Origin: Waddliaceae bacterium
GTDB lineage: Bacteria; Chlamydiota; Chlamydiia; Chlamydiales; SLFE01
Assembly: GCA_963783885.1 (NCBI GenBank)
Contig: CAWAPJ010000001.1
Span: 32,001 to 96,000, forward strand
DNA length: 64,000 nucleotides
Reading direction: 5' to 3'
The position numbers were made by a program, and so were the translations under genes. The notes beneath the pieces were generated by a model. The model worked only from the letters and a program-made list of their open reading frames with translations. It was not told the DNA's origin and ran no database searches. Shown here one piece after another: positions 1-10,039 of the stretch (position 1 is the stretch's first letter; each line of letters begins with the position of its first letter).

Positions 1-612
1 GACAATCTCGTTCAAAGCGGAAAAATCCGCTATATCGGCTGCTCCAATTTTTCCGGCTGGCATCTCATGAAATCGCTTTCGATATCAGATAGAGAAGGGC
101 TGGAGCGGTATGTAGCCTATCAAGGATATTACTCTTTAATCGGTCGGGATTATGAAGCAGAGCTCATGCCCCTTGCCTTGGATCAAGGGATTGGCTTGTT
201 GGTTTGGAGTCCTCTCGGATGGGGAAGATTGACGGGAAAAATCACAAGAAAATCGCCGTCCCCGCCTTCAGTGAGCCGCTTGCATGCCACGTCTGAGGCG
301 GGCCCGCCGGTAGAAGATGATTATTTCTTTAATGTCATTGATGTCTTAGAAGAGATCGTAAGTGAAACAGGGAAATCGATTCCGCAAATAGCGATTAATT
401 GGCTGCTTCAAAGGCCCACTGTTGCCAATGTGATTCTCGGTGCAAGAAATGAAGAGCAGCTTAAAGACAATCTCGGGTCTGTTGGCTGGAACTTAAGCAA
501 AGATCAGATGGAAAGGCTTGGTAAAGCAAGCCAAAAAACCCTTCCTTATCCCTACTGGCATCAGCTAAAGAGTATCAAAGAATCGACTCCCCCTCCTGTA
601 ACCTATTATTGA
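1..612 (+). CDS. Aldo/keto reductase, 5'-truncated by the window edge
   Basis: Frame is open from base 1 (DNLVQSGKIRYIGCSNFSGW). AKR motifs present: WSPLGWGRLTGK, QIAINWLL, VILGARNEEQLKDNL. Confidence 0.9.
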   Translation, partial: DNLVQSGKIRYIGCSNFSGWHLMKSLSISDREGLERYVAYQGYYSLIGRDYEAELMPLALDQGIGLLVWSPLGWGRLTGKITRKSPSPPSVSRLHATSEAGPPVEDDYFFNVIDVLEEIVSETGKSIPQIAINWLLQRPTVANVILGARNEEQLKDNLGSVGWNLSKDQMERLGKASQKTLPYPYWHQLKSIKESTPPPVTYY

Positions 613-1574
613 GTAGTGAGAAGGACTTTACCTACACTCTTTCGGCTTTCCAGCTTTTGATGAGCCTCAGCAGCTTTTTCAAGCGGAAATGTTTGATCTA
701 TACGAAGCTTTAGCCAGCCCTCCTTAATGCCTCCTATCACAGCTTTTGCCCGGCTCATCAGCTCTTGCCTGTTCAAAAGAAAGTTAAATAAACTCCCCCC
801 TGAGAGTGTCAAAGAGTGTTTCATTAACTCATTTGGAGAGATAGGATCGGCAGGGCCGCTTGCAGCTCCAAATATCACAATATGACCACGCCGTGCCGCA
901 GCTTTCAAGTTGCCTTGAAACGTGGTTTTGCCAACGCCATCAATGATGAAGTCGACACCATGTTTGTTTGTTAATCTTTTGATTTCTTCGACAAAATCCT
1001 GTTCTGTATAGATAATAATTTCGTCTGCTCCGGCATCTTTTGCAATCCTGGCTTTCTCTTCGGTAGAAACAGTCCCTATAACCCTCGCGCCTAAATGTAT
1101 TGCCCATTGAGTCAGCAAGAGCCCCATCCCTCCGGCAGCTGCATGAATTAAAATCACATCGTTTGGTTTTATTTTTCGAAATTCGTGCAAAAGATAATGA
1201 GCTGTCATTCCCTGAAGAGGAAATGCCGCCCCTTGCTCAAAGGAAAATTCAGCCGGCAAAGGTATCAAGTGGTCGGCTTGAACAATATTTTGCTCGGCAT
1301 AAGAACCCGGCTGATGAACATATGCTACCCGATCTCCCGGTTTTACATTCTCAACAGATTTTCCGACAGCCTCGACAATTCCGGAAGCTTCAAGACCGGG
1401 AATATAAGGAAGGGGCACAGGATACGTCCCTCTTCTTTGATAAATATCAATAAAGTTTATACCTGCAGCTTTGATGCGGATTAACACTTGCCCTTCTTTT
1501 GGCTGTTTTTCCTGAATCTGTTGTATTTGTAATTCTTCAGGCCCGCCAAACTGAGCTATTTGTATCGCTCTCAT
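606..1574 (-). CDS. qor: NADPH:quinone oxidoreductase (zeta-crystallin/MDR family)
   Basis: Motifs GINFIDIYQRRG, GLEASG, IHAAAGGMG, LESRKSVGKVLL. Likely start is MRAIQ at 1574, with AGAGGA upstream. Confidence 0.9.
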   Translation of the reverse strand: MRAIQIAQFGGPEELQIQQIQEKQPKEGQVLIRIKAAGINFIDIYQRRGTYPVPLPYIPGLEASGIVEAVGKSVENVKPGDRVAYVHQPGSYAEQNIVQADHLIPLPAEFSFEQGAAFPLQGMTAHYLLHEFRKIKPNDVILIHAAAGGMGLLLTQWAIHLGARVIGTVSTEEKARIAKDAGADEIIIYTEQDFVEEIKRLTNKHGVDFIIDGVGKTTFQGNLKAAARRGHIVIFGAASGPADPISPNELMKHSLTLSGGSLFNFLLNRQELMSRAKAVIGGIKEGWLKLRIDQTFPLEKAAEAHQKLESRKSVGKVLLTTQ

Positions 1575-1730
1575 ATGTAATCCTCTTTTGAATGTGAATA
1601 TGCCTTTAGTCACTCGATATTGTCAAACCCAACAAAAAATTAATACAAAGCCCAGCGACGCAGGAACCGGTACGATTCACATAACATATGTAGCACTCGG
1701 AGTGTAAAATAAAGAACATTAGCAAAAATC

Positions 1731-3602
1731 TTAATCAGGAAGAATAAGAGGGACAGGACAGCCGAGAGCATCGCCTATGGCGCGGAACAGCTCAGCTTCG
1801 TATAGAGTTATCTTTTTATCCTGCTGGATACTTGCTAAACATCCCTCCAACAGCTTTTTTTTATCCTGAGGTTTAAGAAGAATCAAGATATTAATGGCAT
1901 TGTCAATATCTTCCCATCGTATTTGCAGCTTCTTCATTTGTGCCAGAGGTTTGACTCCGATTTTTTTTAATCCGGCATTCAAGGCGTCAAGTTGCTGTTG
2001 CAGACTTTTATTCCCAACAGTAGAAAGGGTTTTCAACAACAAATATCCTTCTTTAAGATGGTCCTTCAACTTTTCCTGACCCGCCACCTTTCTTGCCTTG
2101 CGGAACCGTCCATCAAGATGATCGATCAATACTTTTTCCAAAATCCATTCGAAAATATCAATTTTTTTATCGGCAAAAATGAGGTTCTTAATATTTTCAC
2201 GAAAGACTTCATACTGGCTTTTGGTGAGCGAATTCAATGTCGGAATTGCCATGTCGATCATAGGAATCCTCGCTTTCATCTCGATTTTTTCAATATCGGG
2301 AAGCAGCCGGTTCAGCTCGCGATAAACGCCAAGGTAAGACTCTTCCGAAAGTTTATCCATCTGGATTTCGCGAATTTCCGGATTTTTCGAGAGAAGAAGG
2401 CCATAAACAATGGCTCTTGCGCCGTATAAATCGTGAATCGCACCTTTAAGCGGAAGAGGGAGGGCGGCGATCAATGTTTTGGCCAGCTTGATTTGTTCGA
2501 CATTGGGCTTTCCGGTAGAATCGACAAAAGTTAAGGGGGCTTCTTCTGCTTTGGGCTCCTTTTTGGAAATTTTGGGAATGGGAGGCAGTTTTTTTGCTTC
2601 AGCCTTTTCCAACGAAAAAATCCGTTTGATCCTTTCGTCAATGGGAGGATGCGTGGCAAAAAACGACGCCATTGCCGATAACACCCCTGTCGCGAAAAAC
2701 ATATGACTGACTTCCGAAGCGCGGGGACTGATCACCCTCGACCCGAATTGATGGTCGCGTATCTTCCTTAAAGCATTTCCGATACCGCCGGGATTTCGGG
2801 TAAACTGGACGGCGGAGGCATCGGCTAAAAACTCCCTTTGGCGGCTGACGGCAGCTTTGATCAAATGACCGAAAAACGTGCCGACAAAACCGACAGCCAT
2901 CAAGCCAAGACCAACTGTGACTAGAGCAAAACCGGCTCCTCCGCGCTGTCTGGATGATCCAGCGGTAAACATCGAAGATCTAAGAGTATAATAACCGATA
3001 AGGCCAAGGGCTAAGATGCCGAACAAAATGCCCATCAAACGGATATTGATGCGCATATCCCCGTTGAGAATATGGCTGAATTCATGGGCGATCACTCCCT
3101 GAAGTTCATCTCTATTTAAAGATTCCACCAGCCCCCGCGTCACACCTATCACCGCGTTTGAAGACGAGTAGCCGGCCGCAAAAGCGTTCATCCCTTCTTC
3201 TTTGTCCAGAAGATACACCGAGGGCATAGGTATTCCAGCGGCGATAGCAATTTCTTCGACGACATTGAGTATCTTTTGCTCGTCCGCCTTTTTGGTGCCC
3301 GGATTGAGAAGACGTCCACCCAGAGATTCGGCGATATACGCCCCACCCCCTCCTTTTAGCTGCATTATCTTGAAGAGGCTGGCCCCACCGACAATCAAAA
3401 GAGTGATAATCGTCACCCATATAAATAGAGCCGAATTCCACAGATCCTCGGATTGAATTTCATACCCTTTTGAAGAAGAGGCGAAAGCCCACGCAACAAT
3501 AATATATGTAACTCCAATGATACCGACGACGGCGGAAATAAACAGAATGACAAGCCAGGCAGTATTTTTCCTGGCCCTCTCCTGATGCTGAAAAAAGTCC
3601 AT
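1731..3602 (-). CDS. M48 family zinc metalloprotease (long HtpX-like)
   Basis: NAFAAG, HEFSH zinc motif, SRQREFLADA, THPPIDERI, several TM helices. Lies directly downstream of lemA. Confidence 0.9.
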   Translation of the reverse strand: MDFFQHQERARKNTAWLVILFISAVVGIIGVTYIIVAWAFASSSKGYEIQSEDLWNSALFIWVTIITLLIVGGASLFKIMQLKGGGGAYIAESLGGRLLNPGTKKADEQKILNVVEEIAIAAGIPMPSVYLLDKEEGMNAFAAGYSSSNAVIGVTRGLVESLNRDELQGVIAHEFSHILNGDMRINIRLMGILFGILALGLIGYYTLRSSMFTAGSSRQRGGAGFALVTVGLGLMAVGFVGTFFGHLIKAAVSRQREFLADASAVQFTRNPGGIGNALRKIRDHQFGSRVISPRASEVSHMFFATGVLSAMASFFATHPPIDERIKRIFSLEKAEAKKLPPIPKISKKEPKAEEAPLTFVDSTGKPNVEQIKLAKTLIAALPLPLKGAIHDLYGARAIVYGLLLSKNPEIREIQMDKLSEESYLGVYRELNRLLPDIEKIEMKARIPMIDMAIPTLNSLTKSQYEVFRENIKNLIFADKKIDIFEWILEKVLIDHLDGRFRKARKVAGQEKLKDHLKEGYLLLKTLSTVGNKSLQQQLDALNAGLKKIGVKPLAQMKKLQIRWEDIDNAINILILLKPQDKKKLLEGCLASIQQDKKITLYEAELFRAIGDALGCPVPLILPD

Positions 3603-3606
3603 TCGG

Positions 3607-4209
3607 TTAGAACTCCACTTTCACAGCCTCGCCGATTTCCGCTGATTTGAATTCCAAAAGACCCGCATCTTGATTGAATCCGAAAAACGGAGCAATCATA
3701 ACTGTCGGGAAAGATTGCCTGTAAATATTAAATGTCATGGCAGCATCGTTGAAAGCCTGTCTTGAAAAAGCCACTTTATTTTCTGTTGATGTCAACTCTT
3801 CGCTAAGCTGCATCATATTCTGACTAGCCTTCAAATCGGGATAGGACTCGGCCACTGCGAAAAGACGCCCAAGCGCGCCGGACAGCTTTTCCTCCAGCCC
3901 GGAGAGCGACCGCATCTTTTCGGCATCGCCGGGGTCGCCCGAGGCTGCTTTCAGACCATCCATTGCCTGGCTGCGAGCTTGGGTGACTGCTTCCAAAGTC
4001 TCCCTTTCATGCTTAATATACCCTTTTGCGGTCTCGACAAGATTCGGAATCAGGTCATGCCTCCGCTTTAGCTGAACTTCAATCTGAGCAAAGGCATTTT
4101 TATATCGGTTTTGCAGCTTGACAAGCATGTTGTAGATGCCGGCCAAAACAAATCCGATAATCAAAATAATCGTGACAACTGTAGAGAGAGTGACCCAAAA
4201 GATCCACAT
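3607..4209 (-). CDS. lemA: LemA family protein
   Basis: N-terminal TM helix; QLKRRHDLIPNLVETAKGY; ESYPDLKA; ELTSTENKVAFSRQAFND. Confidence 0.93.
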   Translation of the reverse strand: MWIFWVTLSTVVTIILIIGFVLAGIYNMLVKLQNRYKNAFAQIEVQLKRRHDLIPNLVETAKGYIKHERETLEAVTQARSQAMDGLKAASGDPGDAEKMRSLSGLEEKLSGALGRLFAVAESYPDLKASQNMMQLSEELTSTENKVAFSRQAFNDAAMTFNIYRQSFPTVMIAPFFGFNQDAGLLEFKSAEIGEAVKVEF

Positions 4210-4229
4210 AAAATCCTCGCACTAATGTC

Positions 4230-4258
4230 AGTCTATCCCCTGGCCTGCCTCATGTCAA
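4230..4258 (-). promoter_or_regulatory. Sigma66/70-type promoter for lemA and the M48 protease
   Basis: TTGACA-17 nt-TAGACT on the minus strand, about 20 nt upstream of the lemA ATG. Confidence 0.65.
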
Positions 4259-4338
4259 GCTCTCTTCTTAACTCGTTAAGATATTGACCCGTAGCAATTT
4301 CAAGCTAGGCGAAAAGGTATAAGATAAGAATTTTGTCA

Positions 4339-5616
4339 TCAACTCAAATCATACACCGATCCTCTTACAGCAGATATCTTCAATGTATCATTACTTTTGC
4401 CTGCTTCTTTAATAGACTCTACTCCCTCCACACTAATTTTATTCCAATCTAAATTCAGTTCGACAAGGCTGCGATTGACTTTCAAAGCTTCGGCAAGCGC
4501 AGCTGCTCCCCGGTCACCGATCTCACTTTCCGATAACTCGAGTTTGAGAAGGCTGCGATTGACTTTAAGAGCTTCAGCAATGATTTCTGCTGCTTTATCG
4601 CGAAGACAGGTTTTGTCCAAAGTCAACTTTCGAATGGGTGAATTTTCACTTAGAAATGCTTTAAGACCACTTTCCAAGCCGGCAAGCTCCATAAAAGACA
4701 ACTCCAGAGTTTCTAAATGAGGCAAATTTTTCAATCCACCTGCCCAATTCTTTCCTAACTGGATTGTACCATGAGCTATAATTTCGAGAGATTTCAGTTC
4801 CTTAGGGAGAGAAAGGAAAACGCTATCATCGATATGTAGTCTTCCCCTATTAAAATCCAGATGACGCATATAAAGAGTTTTTAGATGGGTCAATCGTTTG
4901 AGAGCCTGTACAAAAGGTTTTGATTCGGCGTCCATTTGCGGCAACCCTTCTCTTGAAAAGTTGTATAAATAAAGACTTCTCAAATCCGATAGTTCGCCCA
5001 AAGATTTCCAACCTTCTTTCGTCACCCCTGTGCAATGTTTCACTGATAAATAATGTAAACTTTTGGGTAGAGAAGAGAGAATCCGATCATCGATCCAACT
5101 TAGATTTAATCCCTGAATATTAGGACAATTATCCCGAATAAATTGCATTAATTCAGGATTAATACGATACTCAAGATCTAAAAGCTGAACATTATCCAGC
5201 ATTGTTCCATAATAATCTTTAAAATCTTTTTTATAATCTTCTTTTCTAAAGGATTCGCAGTTTCTTTCAAATTTTTCATCAAGTATATTTTTTACAACAA
5301 CATTGGATTTTAATTCATTAACCTTTGCTTCGAATTCAGTAATTTCAGCTTGAAGCCGTGCCTCCTTTTCAGTGTTCCCAAAAAAGTGTTTTTTGCAAAG
5401 TTGCCGCACTTTGCAATCAACATCTTGAATACCTTTCTCATAAGGCGCTATCTCGTGTTTGAAACTTAACGAACGTAATTCAATCTGATTAAGAGCTTTG
5501 TAGGCATCCATTAGCTGACTGAAGATCTGGCCAGGTTGATTTGCAGGTTCTTTACACTCTTTGAGACACTTTTGAATATGGTCCACTTGAGCCGCTATTG
5601 CTGTATTGATACTCAT
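4339..5616 (-). CDS. Leucine-rich repeat protein with N-terminal coiled coil, putative effector
   Basis: LHYLSVKHCTGVT-type repeats, then 28-aa RI-like repeats (AEALKVNRSLxxLxL twice). Start MSINT at 5616 has a GGAG RBS. Confidence 0.8.
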   Translation of the reverse strand: MSINTAIAAQVDHIQKCLKECKEPANQPGQIFSQLMDAYKALNQIELRSLSFKHEIAPYEKGIQDVDCKVRQLCKKHFFGNTEKEARLQAEITEFEAKVNELKSNVVVKNILDEKFERNCESFRKEDYKKDFKDYYGTMLDNVQLLDLEYRINPELMQFIRDNCPNIQGLNLSWIDDRILSSLPKSLHYLSVKHCTGVTKEGWKSLGELSDLRSLYLYNFSREGLPQMDAESKPFVQALKRLTHLKTLYMRHLDFNRGRLHIDDSVFLSLPKELKSLEIIAHGTIQLGKNWAGGLKNLPHLETLELSFMELAGLESGLKAFLSENSPIRKLTLDKTCLRDKAAEIIAEALKVNRSLLKLELSESEIGDRGAAALAEALKVNRSLVELNLDWNKISVEGVESIKEAGKSNDTLKISAVRGSVYDLS

Positions 5617-5885
5617 ATATATTCTCCATTGTTTAGCATTGAAATCCAGAAATTTATCGAACCGATCCTTTAAGATCAAGAAATTTTTATTTCTTCAGAT
5701 TTTGGTAAAGATGAGAGCGCGGAGTCGCGGAAAAAAGGATTTCTTCTTGAAGATAATTCATCTAATTTGATAAAATTTGGCGGTAAATCACATTACTTTA
5801 ATTATATGAAATTATTTAATGTAAAAAGTTTTTGCAATTCTTCCGAATGTACTGTGCCCGTATCCATTCCCACTGCCGTTCTTTC

Positions 5886-5914
5886 TTGAAAACATTATCA
5901 ATAAATTTTATAAT
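5886..5914 (+). promoter_or_regulatory. Sigma66/70-type promoter for brnQ
   Basis: TTGAAA-17 nt-TATAAT. Confidence 0.65.
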
Positions 5915-5938
5915 TATGCACATTTTAAAGAGGAACAA

Positions 5939-7114
5939 ATGGAAATTAAGAAAAAGTCAGCCGTTCTCGCCACAGGTTTTGCGATGTTTTCCATGTTTTT
6001 TGGAGCCGGAAACGTCGTTTTCCCATTGGCAATTGGACTGGAAACCGGAAACTTAAACTTTTTTGCTATCTGCGGTCTGCTGATTTCCGCTGTCGGCATC
6101 CCCCTTCTGGGCTTAATCTCCGCAACATTATTTAACGGAAACTATAAACATTATTTTGAAAGAATCGGAAAAGTCCCCGGTTTTCTGGTTGCCCTCTTTA
6201 TTATGGGCCTCATCGGCCCTTTCGGCGCCATGCCAAGGCTTATTACCGTCGCCCACTCGACTTTTGCCTATTATTGGGAAGGGATCCCCTTTGTACTCTT
6301 CAGCCTGATCTCATGCGCTATTGTATTCGTTTTGACATTCAAGAAAAACAAAATTGTCGATATTCTCGGTTATTACCTGACTCCCCTTCTCCTTTTTGCT
6401 CTTGTTGTCATTATTGTTATCGGATTTGTTTGGGCCACCCCTCCAGAGCAGTCGGCCTTAACTGCCTCCGCCGCCTTTATGGAAGGGCTGCAGACCGGCT
6501 ATTCAACAATGGATCTTCTCGCCACGTTTTTCTTTTCTTCAGTCGTCCTTTCCTGTTTGGAAAGCACCGAAATCGAAAAAGGACACACTCGGGATTTTCG
6601 AAATGTGATATTTACAACGCTAAAAGCCAGCGTCATCGGCATGGGACTTTTGGCGCTGATCTATATCGGCTTTAGTTTTGTGGCGTCTTTTAACAGCGCG
6701 GGTCTGGAAGGTTTAGGCCGCGATCAACTCTTGGGGGCGATTTCCGTACAGATGCTCGGACCTTATGCCGGAATCATCGCTATTTTGGCTGTCTCAATGG
6801 CCTGTTTAACGACAGCCATTGCACTGGCAGCCGTCTTCGCCGAGTTTTTGCACAATGACATCACACTGGGAAAACTGCCCTATATCCCGAGCTTGATCAT
6901 CACGCTTTTTGTTAGCTTTCTGGTCTCAACCTTGCGATTTAGCGGAATTGCCGCCTTCTTGGAACCGATTCTGATCATATGCTATCCGGCGCTTATCGTG
7001 CTGGCCATATTGAACATCGGCCACAAAATGTTTCACTTCAATGTGGTGAAAACGCCTGTTGCCATAACATTTCTCATTTCACTCGGAGCTTATTTCTACC
7101 AGGCTATAATTTGA
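5939..7114 (+). CDS. brnQ: Branched-chain amino acid:cation symporter
   Basis: GFAMFSMFFGAGNVVFP, IGPFGAMPR, GYSTMDLLA, ACLTTAIAL; about 12 TM helices. Confidence 0.93.
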   Translation: MEIKKKSAVLATGFAMFSMFFGAGNVVFPLAIGLETGNLNFFAICGLLISAVGIPLLGLISATLFNGNYKHYFERIGKVPGFLVALFIMGLIGPFGAMPRLITVAHSTFAYYWEGIPFVLFSLISCAIVFVLTFKKNKIVDILGYYLTPLLLFALVVIIVIGFVWATPPEQSALTASAAFMEGLQTGYSTMDLLATFFFSSVVLSCLESTEIEKGHTRDFRNVIFTTLKASVIGMGLLALIYIGFSFVASFNSAGLEGLGRDQLLGAISVQMLGPYAGIIAILAVSMACLTTAIALAAVFAEFLHNDITLGKLPYIPSLIITLFVSFLVSTLRFSGIAAFLEPILIICYPALIVLAILNIGHKMFHFNVVKTPVAITFLISLGAYFYQAII

Positions 7115-9080
7115 CAAACTGGCTTTGCGTCCAAAGCTCTAGAGCATGTTGAATGATGCCGCAGAAGTGCTCCTGCTTGTAGGGGTCGTCGCAGGTATAG
7201 ATATATCCCAGGCAGGAAGTATCTGAAGCATTCACATAGACAGTCCCCAGCTCGGACTGGGGAATGTTTAACGAGGCAAGCGATTTGTCGGTCTCTTCTT
7301 TGACACCGGGAGTATCGGCAATGATTATCACATAAACCGCATCGAGCTCCCGGTGGATGGAAATTGCGTAGTTTTCACCGGGGAAAAAGCCATGCTCCAA
7401 TGTATCGAGCATTTGCAAAAACAGCGTCTTGAGCGAACCGGCCTCAAATACGCTTCTCATAGCTGCCGGAGTTAATGAATAATAGAAATTCTCTAAAAGA
7501 AGGTCGTTGTACACTCCTTCTTCGGCAAGAAGAGATCTCACGGTACACAGAAGTTCGTTCTGCTTGGAAATCATCCCGCCGTTATAATCGCGGATACCGC
7601 CAAGAACCCTTTCCAGCTCGGCGACCACAACCTGCCTTGCTTTGTATAAGTCGATGGAATGGTCGTCGCGCAAAAACATATCTTTTGGAAGTTTGACACG
7701 AAATACTGTCGCCTCTTTAGGATATTTTTTTCTAATATAGCCGACTGTTTTTGAAAAATCATGAATATATTCCAGAAAAGTGTCAGCCTCTTTAAACATT
7801 TCTTCGATTTTTCTGTCTTTCTTTCCCAATACCCGGACATAGATGATAGTGAAGTAAAGATGGGAGTATGTTTGTTCATCAAAGGTAATAAAGACCTGGG
7901 GAATATCGCGCATATATTTGATTTGATGACTCAAACTCAAAATATTTCGCATGATTTCTTCTTCGTTGCGCGGCATGAAAACAGGGTGCATCATATGTTC
8001 GATGCGGTCTTTGAGGTCGTCGGGAAGGTCGTGCCTAAGACGGGATATTTCTTCCTTTGTAAAAGGCGATCCGTCGATTTTCTCAATTTCCATGTAGAGC
8101 GTTCCGATGTGCTCCATCGACCGCCTGCTTGAAAAAAATGAACCTTCCACCATTTGCACATGAGGAAGATAATTATGGACAGCTTTCATTAAATGCCGGT
8201 CTTCAAAAATTTCTTTATCGCTCATGAAGTTAACCCCGACAAGCAAAGCTAAAACCCGTTTTACCCCTCCTCTCCGTTTAAGGCGGGCTTGAAAGATTTT
8301 CAGACTCAAGTGCCTTTTGTCCGGAGACACCTTTATCGAGTCGCTCAGCGATTTCCTGAACAGGTAATTCAAACTGATAATCCGGCTCAAATGGCGGCAT
8401 TCCCTTTCGCTTTTAAAGGAATCCCTGCAAAGAACCAGAACATGCTGCATTTCGGTAAAGACATCATGATTAAAAAACTCGGGAAGGCGTTTGACCAGGC
8501 TGGCAATGTGTTCCTGAATGAGAGCTGTTTTTTGATCGGCGACCAGCCCCTTTGTTTCAAGAATTCTACGTGAATAATAGGAAGATCCAACCCCCAGCTT
8601 TAGCTCGGTTTCCATCGTTGGAAGATTTCTCATAATTTCCTGATACTCGTAATCGGTATGCACTTTGAGCATCACCTCGACAATGGTGTATTTCTCTTCG
8701 TCGAGTTCAGGCACTCGAAAATCAACGGCATAAAATAGAGTGACATCCAGGCGATGTCCCGGAACAAGCCAATTGCTGATCATGTCAAAAAAGAATTTGA
8801 AAGCGTTGGCCCTATATTTGACTAAAAGATAGAAGGACAGTGTGGAAGGAGCCCCCTTGAAATCGCTGTAGGTGAAAAAGGGTAGAACGGAATAAAGCCT
8901 TGAACGGAGCATTTGATAATCAATTCTGTTTTCTGAAATCGCGTCGGGAAACTTCTGTTCAATCATTTCTTTAAGAATATTTTGAATCAACCGCCTGTAA
9001 AGATTTTTGACAGACTCGTCCTTGTCGGTATCAAAATCGGTAATAATTGTTGGACAGGCTGAGGCATTAGTCATAGGCAT
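7104..9080 (-). CDS. Conserved hypothetical protein with probable ACT-like modules
   Basis: 658-aa soluble ORF. TLYMEIEKIDGSPFTKEEISRLRHDL resembles the end of GlnD-type ACT domains. The ORF is solid; the function is inferred. Confidence 0.6.
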   Translation of the reverse strand: MPMTNASACPTIITDFDTDKDESVKNLYRRLIQNILKEMIEQKFPDAISENRIDYQMLRSRLYSVLPFFTYSDFKGAPSTLSFYLLVKYRANAFKFFFDMISNWLVPGHRLDVTLFYAVDFRVPELDEEKYTIVEVMLKVHTDYEYQEIMRNLPTMETELKLGVGSSYYSRRILETKGLVADQKTALIQEHIASLVKRLPEFFNHDVFTEMQHVLVLCRDSFKSERECRHLSRIISLNYLFRKSLSDSIKVSPDKRHLSLKIFQARLKRRGGVKRVLALLVGVNFMSDKEIFEDRHLMKAVHNYLPHVQMVEGSFFSSRRSMEHIGTLYMEIEKIDGSPFTKEEISRLRHDLPDDLKDRIEHMMHPVFMPRNEEEIMRNILSLSHQIKYMRDIPQVFITFDEQTYSHLYFTIIYVRVLGKKDRKIEEMFKEADTFLEYIHDFSKTVGYIRKKYPKEATVFRVKLPKDMFLRDDHSIDLYKARQVVVAELERVLGGIRDYNGGMISKQNELLCTVRSLLAEEGVYNDLLLENFYYSLTPAAMRSVFEAGSLKTLFLQMLDTLEHGFFPGENYAISIHRELDAVYVIIIADTPGVKEETDKSLASLNIPQSELGTVYVNASDTSCLGYIYTCDDPYKQEHFCGIIQHALELWTQSQFVKL

Positions 9081-9133
9081 GCGATATTTTGAAGTGATGT
9101 GAATTCACCACCGATATACAACAGCCTGGATTT

Positions 9134-9907
9134 TCAGGCAAACTCAAATTGCGGAACTTTCGGAATCTTCTTAACATTGCATACAACCTTCGTTCCCACT
9201 GTTTCGGGATCTTTAAAAGAATAAATAAAGAGAGGAATCCCGTTTCTCCAGGCAAGTTGGATGCACCTTTGATGAAGAATTCTTCCCCCTTTTCGGATAA
9301 TTTCCAGCGCCTTTTCATAGTCTATCTCAGGAATCAAAGCAGCATCGGAAAACAGTTTCGGATCCTTATCGTAAATGCCTCCTACATCCTTGAAAAATTC
9401 GACACGTGCAGCGCGTAGGGATGCAGCAAGGGCGACAGCGGAAATATCCGATCCATTTGCCCCTAATGTGGTAATCTCCCCACCCCTGCTGCATCCCTGA
9501 AATCCGGCGACAATCACGATTTTTCCCTCGTCTAACAGAGGCTCAAGGCGCCGCGGCTTAACCTCTACTATCCTGGCATTGGAGTGCTCCTCGCAAGTAA
9601 TGATGCCCGATTGACTCCCGGTAAAGCTGACAGCGCGCTCCCCTTTCGCAGCCAAAGCCATGGCTAGCAAAGAAATACTGATTCTCTCTCCCACGCTGAC
9701 GAGCATATCGTATTCTCTGGGTGGAGGGTCGGGATTGACTTTGTGAGCTAGTTCGGCAAGCTGCCTCGTCATATTAGCCATAGCGCTGACTACGATGACA
9801 AGCCTTCCATGGGATTCTTTTCTTTGCAGGGCAATATTAGCAATTTTTTGAAAATGCTCCGGCGAAGCAACAGCCGCTCCTCCAAACTTCAATACAATAG
9901 TCGACAT
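9134..9907 (-). CDS. Aspartate kinase-like protein, catalytic domain only
   Basis: LKFGG, VVSAM, DMLVSVGERIS, VAGFQG, TTLGANGSD, KDVGGIYDKDP. 257 aa with no C-terminal ACT domains. Confidence 0.85.
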   Translation of the reverse strand: MSTIVLKFGGAAVASPEHFQKIANIALQRKESHGRLVIVVSAMANMTRQLAELAHKVNPDPPPREYDMLVSVGERISISLLAMALAAKGERAVSFTGSQSGIITCEEHSNARIVEVKPRRLEPLLDEGKIVIVAGFQGCSRGGEITTLGANGSDISAVALAASLRAARVEFFKDVGGIYDKDPKLFSDAALIPEIDYEKALEIIRKGGRILHQRCIQLAWRNGIPLFIYSFKDPETVGTKVVCNVKKIPKVPQFEFA

Positions 9908-10039
9908 ATCTTTTTCCTTAAGAATGAATCCTGTAAATGCCTATTTTAGCCTCAAATCGAGCTGTGCTATTGATATAATTGCCTCCAGTCTGTTAACATA
10001 TTTGTTATTAGTCAATAAATATAAGGAGAAACCTTTAAC

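Noticed and set aside
1691-1707. CIRCE-like TAGCACTC-G-GAGTGTAA
   Set aside because: The spacer is 1 nt instead of the 9 nt HrcA needs, and no chaperone gene lies downstream.
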